Shown here piece after piece: positions 43,162 through 51,578 of a DNA stretch of 51,578 bases (its first letter is position 1; every line of letters begins with the position of its first letter). The notes under the pieces were generated by a model. That model was not told the origin of the DNA and did no database searches. It saw only the letters and a list, made by a program, of their open reading frames with translations. Source of the stretch: Candidatus Ozemobacteraceae bacterium (GTDB taxonomy: Bacteria > Muiribacteriota > Ozemobacteria > Ozemobacterales > Ozemobacteraceae); the NCBI GenBank assembly GCA_035373905.1, contig DAOSOK010000013.1, positions 1-51,578 on the forward strand, in the 5' to 3' direction. The position numbers were made by a program, and so were the translations under genes.

Positions 43162-46089
43162 ATGCCCCCCGCTGAAGGCCCGATCCTGTCTCGCCGTCTG
43201 CTCCGGTGGCTTTTCAACCTGGTCCGGCCGGCGGCCCTGCTGATCGTCTTCGCCCTCTTCCCGATCGCCGTCATCCAGTCCGCGATGCATCTCGTGGACC
43301 ATATTGAGTGCGAGAAGATCCGCCAGGAAAAACGTTCGCAACACGATACTATATTGAATAAAATAAAAGCTGCGGACGACGACGCGCTCATGATCGCGCG
43401 CGCGATCAAACGCGTGTTCGACCGCCAGAACGAAACCGCCTCCCGCGCCGCCCAGGCCCGACTCGCCCTGCGCCTCAGACGCCTGTATGCGCAGTCGTTC
43501 GACCTGTATGTCTTCGACGATGCCAACCGTCTCAGATCCGATCTCAGCGTCGGCAGGCGGCCCCGCCGGGCGGTGGAGATGTGCTTCGTCACGCTCCAGG
43601 AGCTCTCCGCCGGCCTCCCCACCTCCAGAGAGAAGATCAGGCTTCTCTCCTCGGTCCTGAACGTTCCTTCCGAAACGGATCAGCTGACCATCCACCATGC
43701 CCTCCGGGCGATCGGCAACCGGCAGCAGGACGGTTTTTTCCAGTGGGGAACAACAAGCCCCGGCCTCCCGGGCAAGCTCAAAGGGTACATCCTGCTTCTC
43801 CACCCGGGAAAATTCAGGCCGAACCGTGCCATCCAGAACGCGATCAGGATTGCCAATCGCCGGTTCAGATCCTCTCAGTTCGGGCTCGTCGACACGCTGA
43901 AGAAGGAGACAACCCTGTTTCCGCCCGAACTGATGCGCGTCCAGGGCCTCGAATGGGTGCTCATGTCGTCGGCCTCGAAATACGACCAGACGTTTCAGAC
44001 GGATGCCCATTTCGGAACGTTCATCCCGCGCTCGATTCCCGGCTACCTGGTCGCCTACTCGAAACAACCGGCCTTCTTCAGCAGATCTCTCGCGCTGACG
44101 GTCCACGCGTTCTGCCTATTCTGGCTCCTCATCGTTCTCTGGCATGTTCCCGCGGCCGGGACGAGCCTCGGCGGCAGAATCCCCACCAAGCTGATGGGCC
44201 TGTTCCTCTTCGCGATCGGCACCCCCTCGTTCGTCCTTCTGCTCGGCGGATATTACGCTCTGAAAGACCACGAGAACGTTCTCATGCAGAACCTCGAGTC
44301 GCGGGTGAAAAACAAGCTCCGCGTCTTCGACGACACCCTTCCGCTCGACGTCGCCCGCCGCGAGCTAGTGCTGAAAGACATTCTCGAGAAAATCCGCGCA
44401 ACCCCCGACCTCGAAATACGCAAACAGATCTTCAGCACGGTAGGGAATCTCTCCGCGATCGACATGGCATTCATCATCAACAAGTCCGGCGCATCCGTCG
44501 CCACGGCGAAATCAATGACGGACGGCGACAAATACCAGAAACAGAGAAACTTCACGGTCCTCCTCGCCCGCGAGTTGCTGAACAGAATCAACAAGTCGCT
44601 CACCATCGATGCAGGCGCGCTCGCCGTCGACGCGGCCGAAGGGTTCCTCAGTGGAATCGTAGGCACCTTCAATCTCGACCAACTGAGCCAGAATCTCGGC
44701 CGGTTCATCATCCTCTCTCTCGGAACCGACAGTTCCTACGTCTTTTACGACGCCGTTTTCGCAAAGGACGGCTCGGCGGAGTATCTCGTCTTCATCGTGA
44801 TGCATCGCGGCAAATTCCACAACGCCTATCTCAAGACGAAAATCCCGGAATTGATGAAGCAGCCCGACATGGAGCTGACCGTCAGCGGCATCGGGGAAAA
44901 AATTTTCCTCGGCTCGGCGGTTTTTCATGCCGCGAACGACCGAGTTCGCCTTCATGATATGGCGAAAGCCGTCATCCAGTCGCGCAACCCGATCCGGACG
45001 ATCACCCCTGACGGCGGCTTCGGAAGGCTCTGGTATGCGAACATGGGCTCGAACCTGAGTAACTTCGCCCTCGTCGCAACGACGTCACTCAAGCCCGTCA
45101 AGGAACGAGTCCGCCTCCTCTGGCTGGTTCTTATATTACTCGCTATACTCGTTTTCGTCTCCGCCCTCTTGATCGGACGGCTGCTCACCGAACATTTCCT
45201 CGAGCCCATCGCGGCGCTCGGGGAGGGCATGCGCGCGATCGAAGTGCGCCGGTTCGAGCACAAGGTCCCGATTCTTTCCACCGACGAGTTCGGCCAGTTA
45301 TCGGGGCTGATGAACCACGTGCTCGACGGCATGAAGGATCTGCAGGTCGCGCGGATCGTGCAGGAAAGCCTTTTTCCGGCCGACCCCCTCGATGCCGGCG
45401 GATTCCGCATCTGGGGACGGAGCATCGCGATGGCCGACATCGGCGGCGACTACTTCGACTATTTCATGTGCCGCGACGGGCGGCTCCGGGGTCTGGTCGG
45501 CGACGTGTCGGGCCACGGCGTGTCGGCCGCCCTCATCATGGGCATGGCGAAGTGCGCGCTGACGATGGACGAGAATGCCGGCCGGCCCCTCGTCGAGACC
45601 GTTACCTCGTTCAACAGGTTCCTGCTGGCAAACATCAAGAAGAAAAAAATGATGACGATGTTCCTGTATTCGCTCAATTCCGCGGACAACACCCTCGAAT
45701 TCGTCAATGCCGGCCACAATTTTCCCTTCCACTGGAAGGCGAAGACGGGAACGATCGCCCAGATCGGTTCCGAGTCCTTCCCGTTGGGGGTCAGGGCCAA
45801 GGCCCTCTACAAGTGCGAGACCGTCACGCTGGAACCGGGCGATTCGATCCTGTTCTACACCGATGGCCTGGTGGAAGCCCCGTGCGGGGACAACGGTGAA
45901 ATCATCGGATACGAACGCGCGACCGAGTGGTTCGCCTCGCTTGCCCACAACGATCCCACCGAGACGATCGGACGCCTTTTCGAACGCTTCGAGGCGCACA
46001 CACGCGGCCAACCCGCCACCGACGACATCTCGATGATCTGCCTCAAGCGCCTCGACCTCACCGATCTGAAAAACAAGGATTTGCCATGA
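43162..46089 (+). CDS. Membrane multi-sensor protein with HAMP and a C-terminal SpoIIE/RsbU-type PP2C phosphatase domain.
   Basis: At least 3 TM segments delimiting two extracytoplasmic regions. HAMP-like segment after LWLVLILLAILVFVSALLIGRLL. PP2C/SpoIIE motifs ADIGGDYFDYF, GDVSGHGVSAALIMGM, FVNAGHNFPF and FYTDGLVEA. Confidence 0.75.
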   Translation: MPPAEGPILSRRLLRWLFNLVRPAALLIVFALFPIAVIQSAMHLVDHIECEKIRQEKRSQHDTILNKIKAADDDALMIARAIKRVFDRQNETASRAAQARLALRLRRLYAQSFDLYVFDDANRLRSDLSVGRRPRRAVEMCFVTLQELSAGLPTSREKIRLLSSVLNVPSETDQLTIHHALRAIGNRQQDGFFQWGTTSPGLPGKLKGYILLLHPGKFRPNRAIQNAIRIANRRFRSSQFGLVDTLKKETTLFPPELMRVQGLEWVLMSSASKYDQTFQTDAHFGTFIPRSIPGYLVAYSKQPAFFSRSLALTVHAFCLFWLLIVLWHVPAAGTSLGGRIPTKLMGLFLFAIGTPSFVLLLGGYYALKDHENVLMQNLESRVKNKLRVFDDTLPLDVARRELVLKDILEKIRATPDLEIRKQIFSTVGNLSAIDMAFIINKSGASVATAKSMTDGDKYQKQRNFTVLLARELLNRINKSLTIDAGALAVDAAEGFLSGIVGTFNLDQLSQNLGRFIILSLGTDSSYVFYDAVFAKDGSAEYLVFIVMHRGKFHNAYLKTKIPELMKQPDMELTVSGIGEKIFLGSAVFHAANDRVRLHDMAKAVIQSRNPIRTITPDGGFGRLWYANMGSNLSNFALVATTSLKPVKERVRLLWLVLILLAILVFVSALLIGRLLTEHFLEPIAALGEGMRAIEVRRFEHKVPILSTDEFGQLSGLMNHVLDGMKDLQVARIVQESLFPADPLDAGGFRIWGRSIAMADIGGDYFDYFMCRDGRLRGLVGDVSGHGVSAALIMGMAKCALTMDENAGRPLVETVTSFNRFLLANIKKKKMMTMFLYSLNSADNTLEFVNAGHNFPFHWKAKTGTIAQIGSESFPLGVRAKALYKCETVTLEPGDSILFYTDGLVEAPCGDNGEIIGYERATEWFASLAHNDPTETIGRLFERFEAHTRGQPATDDISMICLKRLDLTDLKNKDLP

Positions 46090-47108
46090 AAGACATAGGG
46101 TACTACGCGCTCATTCTCATTGTCCCGCTTGGCGCCATTCTCCTGGTCCTCATTGCCGTTCTTTCGAGCCATCCTGGCGCGAGTATTTCGTTCAAGGTGG
46201 AAGCTTCCAAATTTTTGAACACCTTCATCAAGGGCGGCGATCCCTTTGTGCTCATGGAACACGGGAACCTGGCCGGTCTCGAGAAACTCCTGAAACGCCA
46301 TCCGGAAATGTCCCGGGAACGCGAGTCCGCCAGGGGATGCACTCCCTTGCATCTGGCTCCTGACGTCGATTTTGCCAGACTCCTCCTCGACCATGGTGCT
46401 GAGATTGATGCCGTCTTGAAATTCGACGAAATTACCCCGCTTCATGAAGCGATTTCTCATGGCCGCACCAAGGTGGCGCTCTTCCTGATCGATAGAGGAG
46501 CCAGTATTTCCAAGTTCGACAGTTTCAATCGTTCGCCGCTGCACGCAGCAGCTTTGTACGGAAATGTTGAGGTAACGGATGCCCTGTTGAAAAAGGGGGC
46601 CAACCCGAACGTCTGCGGTTCGAAAACGAACGATCTTACCCCGCCCCTCGAGGCATGTGCGCAGGGCACGTTGAATGTGGTCAGGTATTACTATGAGCAT
46701 GGGATTCCATTCGATCTGACCGATGCGCTGTTTGTCAGCCTGTATTCCCCCCATTTCACCTCATCCGGAACAGATATTTTACGTACTATCGATGTAGAGC
46801 GATTTCTGCTCGACACGGGAAAGGTCGATGTGAACGCTCAGACACATCGACCGTACAAAAACGGGGAAACCCTTCTCCATGCTGCTGCCCGTTCTTACAA
46901 CCTGGAATTTTTCCGAATTCTGCTCGAGCGCGGAGCTGATCCCGACAAGCCTGACGCCGACGGGAAGCGAGTCATCGACCGCATCAATAGCGATGAGTAT
47001 GATTATTTCGGACATCGCCAGGAAGAGCGTGAGCTGATCGTGAAAATCCTGAATGAATTCAAGAGAGATAAGCCTTCCGTCCCATCTGCTCCAAAGAAAG
47101 ACAATTGA
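46086..47108 (+). CDS. Ankyrin-repeat protein with an N-terminal TM anchor; its start overlaps the upstream stop (ATGA).
   Basis: TM segment YYALILIVPLGAILLVLIAVL. ANK repeats GCTPLHLA..., ITPLHEAISHGRTKVALFLIDRGA, RSPLHAAALYGNVEVTDALLKKGANPN and ETLLHAAARSYNLEFFRILLERGADPD. Confidence 0.8.
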   Translation: MKDIGYYALILIVPLGAILLVLIAVLSSHPGASISFKVEASKFLNTFIKGGDPFVLMEHGNLAGLEKLLKRHPEMSRERESARGCTPLHLAPDVDFARLLLDHGAEIDAVLKFDEITPLHEAISHGRTKVALFLIDRGASISKFDSFNRSPLHAAALYGNVEVTDALLKKGANPNVCGSKTNDLTPPLEACAQGTLNVVRYYYEHGIPFDLTDALFVSLYSPHFTSSGTDILRTIDVERFLLDTGKVDVNAQTHRPYKNGETLLHAAARSYNLEFFRILLERGADPDKPDADGKRVIDRINSDEYDYFGHRQEERELIVKILNEFKRDKPSVPSAPKKDN

Positions 47109-47161
47109 CATCCTGGTCAGGATATCCATAGACATCTGGACCCCGATAGGTTTTCCTGGAT

Positions 47162-47410
47162 TTGTATTTTCGGAATGCGGACCAACTCCGGCAACTCGCC
47201 CGTCAAGGCTCTCCGGCCATCATGTCGGCCCTGGCCAGCCCCCTGGCCGATGTCGGAAATGCGACCGAGGATGTTCCAGTCTTGTTAGAGTCTCTCGCCG
47301 CAAGCCAGGCTCCTGTCCCCATGAACGAACAGACCACCGCAAAGGTCGAGGCCGCCTTGCGGCTTCTCACGGGCTTCGCTCTCGCAACCGGCACTCCCGC
47401 AGAAGTGTGA
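47162..47410 (+). CDS. Small hypothetical ORF (82 aa) in a 400-bp intergenic gap.
   Basis: The ORF alone; no motif and no obvious ribosome-binding site. Confidence 0.2.
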   Translation: MYFRNADQLRQLARQGSPAIMSALASPLADVGNATEDVPVLLESLAASQAPVPMNEQTTAKVEAALRLLTGFALATGTPAEV

Positions 47411-47509
47411 CGGCGCCAAAGCCGAATGCCTGTTGCCGAAGACGGGAAACATTGGTAGGATGTGACGCCTGATGTCAGGCCAGTAATCAGAAACGAGCCC
47501 GCCTCAACC

Positions 47510-48681
<1,172 letters not shown>

Positions 48682-48685
<4 letters not shown>

Positions 48686-49110
48686 AGAAGCCGCACCGCC
48701 CCTTTTTCGAGGTCGGCGCCGCCGTCGTCGTTCACGGGTCGCGCGTCCTGCTGGCGAAACGCACCGGCGGCGATCTCGACGGGCTCTGGGAGTTCCCCGG
48801 CGGCAAGCTCGAGAACGGCGAATCGGCCGCCCAGGCGGTCGAGCGCGAGCTCGTCGAAGAGCTCAATCTCGAAGTTTCCGCGCACGAGCGCCTTCTGGTG
48901 CTCGAACACGCCTATCCCGACAAGGACATCCGGCTTCATTTCGTCCGGTGCGAGCTTGTCGACACGGGAAACGGCCCCACCCCGCCCGTTCCCGCCGATC
49001 ACGCGGCCTGGTTCTCGCCCTTCGCGTTTCCGCTGGCCGACTTCTGCCCCGCCGACCGGCTGGCGGCCGGCGCCATCCCCTGGCAAGCCCTGATATCACG
49101 AGAGGAGTGA
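48682..49110 (+). CDS. NUDIX hydrolase (MutT/NudG-like).
   Basis: Nudix box GGKLENGESAAQAVERELVEELNLEV. Confidence 0.8.
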
Positions 49111-49113
49111 CGT

Positions 49114-50184
49114 ATGTCGGTTTCCCCCCGCCTGCTGGTCATCAACCCCGGCTCGACCACGACCAAGATCGCCCTGTTCGACGGCGAGAACGTTCGCGAG
49201 CTCCACGAGCTCGAGCACGACCGCGCCGAACTCGCGAAGTTCCCGACGACCCTTTCCCAGCTCGAATACCGACGCGATGCCCTGCACAAGGCGCTTGCGT
49301 TCTGGAACACACCCGTTTCGTCGCTCTCGGCCGTCATCAGCCGGGGATCGCCCCTGAAACCCCTCGTGAGCGGCGTGTACGCCATCAGCGACGCGATGCT
49401 GGACGACATCAGGGGCGGCAAGCTCCAGGACCACGCCTCGCACCTGGGCCCCCTGCTGGCGCACGAGATCGCCGAGGAAGCGAAGATCCCGGCATTCATC
49501 GCCGATCCCGTCTCGGTCGACGAGTTCGACGAGATCGCGAAAATCAGCGGATGGCCGGAGCTGCCCCGCGGCACCCTTTCCCACGCGCTCAACATCAAGG
49601 CGATGCTCCGCGAGACCGCCGAGGAGCGCGGCGTCGCACCGGAAACGCTGAACGCCGTCGTGGCGCACCTGGGCGGAGGCTTCTCGATCGCCGCCGTCCG
49701 AAAGGGAAGGATCATCGACGTCAACAACGCCAACGACGGCGGCCCCTTCTCGCCCGAGCGGGTCGGCACCCTGCCGCTGGTCGGCCTTCTCAAGATGTGC
49801 TTCAGCGGGAAATACACCTACGACCAGCTCCGGAAGATGTTCATCGGCAAGGGCGGCCTCATGGCGCACCTCGGCACAGCCGACGTTCGGGAAGTCATCA
49901 AGCGGATCGACGCCGGTGACGAGAAGGCGAAGCTCGTGCTCGAAGCCATGTGCTACCACATTTCGAAGGAGATCGGCGCCATGGCCGCGGCCCTCTGCGG
50001 CAAGGTCGACGCGATCATCATGACCGGCGGCGTCTCTTACAACGCACGGGTCGTCGAGTGGATCCGCGAGCGGGTCGGTTTCATCGCGCCGCTCGTCGTG
50101 AAGCCCGGCCAGAACGAGATGAAGGCCCTCGCCTCCCATGCCGTGCGCGCCCTCAGGGATCCTTCGATCGTCAGGCAGTATTGA
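49114..50184 (+). CDS. buk: Butyrate (short-chain acyl) kinase.
   Basis: N-terminus LLVINPGSTTTKIALFD and the C-terminal ASKHA-fold regions typical of Buk. About 356 aa. Confidence 0.8.
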   Translation: MSVSPRLLVINPGSTTTKIALFDGENVRELHELEHDRAELAKFPTTLSQLEYRRDALHKALAFWNTPVSSLSAVISRGSPLKPLVSGVYAISDAMLDDIRGGKLQDHASHLGPLLAHEIAEEAKIPAFIADPVSVDEFDEIAKISGWPELPRGTLSHALNIKAMLRETAEERGVAPETLNAVVAHLGGGFSIAAVRKGRIIDVNNANDGGPFSPERVGTLPLVGLLKMCFSGKYTYDQLRKMFIGKGGLMAHLGTADVREVIKRIDAGDEKAKLVLEAMCYHISKEIGAMAAALCGKVDAIIMTGGVSYNARVVEWIRERVGFIAPLVVKPGQNEMKALASHAVRALRDPSIVRQY

Positions 50185-50198
50185 GGAAAGCGTTCCCG

Positions 50199-50264
50199 GA
50201 CGGAGCGCGTCTCTCTTTGTATTTGTAATAATTTTATACTTCTTCACATAGGAAAGGTGCGATC
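50199..50264 (+). promoter_or_regulatory. AT-rich candidate promoter and ribosome-binding region for ptb (TTTGTATTTGTAATAATTTTATACTTC ... AGGAAAGG).
   Basis: An AT-rich island between buk and ptb containing TTGTAA/TATACT-like hexamers, with a purine-rich ribosome-binding site 7 nt before the ATG. Confidence 0.3.
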
Positions 50265-51146
50265 ATGCGATTCTGCGATCTCGATTCGAAATTGAAAGCC
50301 GGCCGTGTCCCGCTCGCGATCTGCATGCCGGAGGACGTCGACGCGATTCTCGCCGCGAAGGAAGCTTCCGAGCTCGGGTATGTCGACTGCATCTTCGTCG
50401 GCAATCCCGCCGTCATCGATCCGTTGCTGACCCGGGAGGCTCCCGGCTTCAAGCCACGCATCGTCGAAGCCCTCACGCCCGAAGCCGCCGCCGCGAAAAC
50501 GGTCGAACTCGTCCGGACAGGCCATGCGAAGGCGCTGATGAAGGGGACGATTTCGACCCCCATCCTTCTCAAGGCCGTCCTGAACTCCGAAACCGGCATC
50601 AAGATGAGCTCCGTTCTCTCGCACGTGCTGGTGTTCGAATGGAACGGCTCGTTCCGGTTCCTCACCGACGGCGGGATGCTCCCCCACCCGACCCTCGCCG
50701 AGAAGCAGGAAATCCTGATGAACGCCGTCCACATCGCGAAGCGGCTCGGCACGGCCGAGCCGAAAGTCGCCGTTCTTTCGGCCGCCGAGACGGTGAACGT
50801 CAAGATGCCCAGTTCGGTCGATGCCGCCGTGCTGGCCAAGATGGGCGAGCGGAAGCAGTTCAAGGGCTGCACCGTCGACGGTCCCCTCGCCCTCGACAAC
50901 GCCATCTCCCTCGAATCGGCGCATCACAAGGGCCTTTACAACGACATCGTCGGCCAGGCCGACATTCTCCTCGCCCCCGATATCGACACCGGCAACATCC
51001 TGGGCAAGTCGATGATGTATTTCGCCGGCATGCAGACCGGCGGACTGATCGTCGGCGCGACGGTTCCCGTCATCCTCCTCTCCCGCTCCGACACCAAGGA
51101 AATCCGCATCAACTCGATCAAGCTCGCCCTCGCCGCCGGCTCATAA
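50265..51146 (+). CDS. ptb: Phosphate butyryltransferase / phosphotransacylase.
   Basis: PTA_PTB-family length and conserved regions (KALMKGTISTP, SAAETVN, DGPLALDNAIS, DIDTGNILGK). Confidence 0.75.
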   Translation: MRFCDLDSKLKAGRVPLAICMPEDVDAILAAKEASELGYVDCIFVGNPAVIDPLLTREAPGFKPRIVEALTPEAAAAKTVELVRTGHAKALMKGTISTPILLKAVLNSETGIKMSSVLSHVLVFEWNGSFRFLTDGGMLPHPTLAEKQEILMNAVHIAKRLGTAEPKVAVLSAAETVNVKMPSSVDAAVLAKMGERKQFKGCTVDGPLALDNAISLESAHHKGLYNDIVGQADILLAPDIDTGNILGKSMMYFAGMQTGGLIVGATVPVILLSRSDTKEIRINSIKLALAAGS

Positions 51147-51164
51147 GACACTATATCTTCTGTA

Positions 51165-51187
51165 GGGGCGGGTTTGAAACCCGCCCC
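51165..51187. repeat. Second copy of the perfect palindrome GGGGCGGGTTT-G-AAACCCGCCCC, again between convergent gene ends.
   Basis: Seen directly. It differs from the copy at 41116..41138 only at the central base. Confidence 0.6.
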
Positions 51188-51291
51188 CGTGTCATACCAT
51201 ATTCTATTGTTTCAACTACATACAATACACCGAGGCACAGAGGATGTTTTCTCTGTGCCTCGGTGCTTCTGCGATTCGTTGTTTTCGTGAT

Positions 51292-51576
51292 TCAGCTTTC
51301 GTTCGTGTTCCGGCGTCTGCGTGTGAACGCAGCAACCGAACGCAGCAGCGTTCTCATCGGCGTGAGGAGCGGAAACCCGGGTGATACTCGTGCCATCCTG
51401 GGGCCGAGGCGGCGGTACCCGGCAATCGCGACTCGGCCGATGCCGCTGGTCCGGAGGGTTTCCTCGCGAAAGCGGCGGAGTTCGTTCGTCTCGGGAGCGT
51501 CGGCGCCGAACAGGCGCGTCGCGACGAAGCAGGGTTCGGTCTTCTCTTCTTCCGTCGTTTTCGAACTGGTCGGCAT
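51292..51576 (-). CDS. Possible 3' part of a minus-strand hypothetical gene that continues beyond the window end.
   Basis: The ORF alone, convergent with ptb; no motif. Confidence 0.2.
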   Translation of the reverse strand: MPTSSKTTEEEKTEPCFVATRLFGADAPETNELRRFREETLRTSGIGRVAIAGYRRLGPRMARVSPGFPLLTPMRTLLRSVAAFTRRRRNTNES

Positions 51577-51578
51577 GT

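Overview
This is a 51.6-kb, high-GC, chromosome-like window from what appears to be a diderm bacterium; an outer-membrane beta-barrel ending in C-terminal Phe, a BamD/YbgF-like TPR lipoprotein and Sec signal peptides are present. No rRNA, CRISPR array, transposase or integrase was seen. All calls below come from reading the translated ORF track and the raw sequence by eye.

Gene content, in order:
- 1-8.5 kb, + strand: a gamma-glutamyltranspeptidase fused to a transglutaminase-like domain; tRNA-Val(GAC) with a near-consensus sigma70 promoter and a terminator hairpin; TrmJ-like SpoU methyltransferase; an ABC-2 type ATPase, a small Sel1-repeat protein and two permeases; a class III nucleotidyl cyclase fused to an RDD membrane domain.
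- 8.5-26.5 kb, - strand: a glycan-utilisation block (MFS transporter, sensor histidine kinase, NtrC-type sigma54 activator, type I pullulanase, small membrane protein), then an unknown secreted protein, Xaa-Pro (M24) peptidase, M16 peptidase, ScpB, ScpA, TrpS, a TPR protein, an unknown protein, an HD-GYP phosphodiesterase, an outer-membrane beta-barrel and a TPR lipoprotein.
- 26.7-41.1 kb, + strand: a tightly packed seven-gene cluster. It runs from a canonical ParB with no neighbouring ParA, through an MBL-fold hydrolase and two translationally coupled giant proteins (1209 and 1347 aa, Pro/Ser/Leu/Phe/Arg/Ala-rich). The first giant protein carries an N-terminal MinD/ParA-type deviant Walker-A ATPase. 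The cluster ends with a stand-alone PP2C phosphatase, a coiled-coil plus Pro-rich protein and a TPR protein of about 20 repeats. This is the best candidate for an undescribed ParA/MinD-based scaffolding or positioning system with a phosphatase module, and is interpreted here as one operon.
- 41.2-51.6 kb: a GH13 alpha-amylase with a starch-binding domain; a multi-sensor HAMP-SpoIIE/PP2C membrane phosphatase translationally coupled to an ankyrin-repeat membrane protein; an RlmI-like methyltransferase; a NUDIX hydrolase; and butyrate kinase plus phosphate butyryltransferase.

Other structure noticed:
- A strongly C/T-biased coding strand across the giant genes, which leaves alternative + frames open for hundreds of codons.
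- Two poly-C(9) tracts inside the giant genes.
- A recurring perfect palindrome, GGGGCGGGTTT-N-AAACCCGCCCC, at two junctions between convergent genes.
- A roughly 62-bp imperfect hairpin element present in two intergenic regions.
- An AT-rich perfect palindrome upstream of the first gene.
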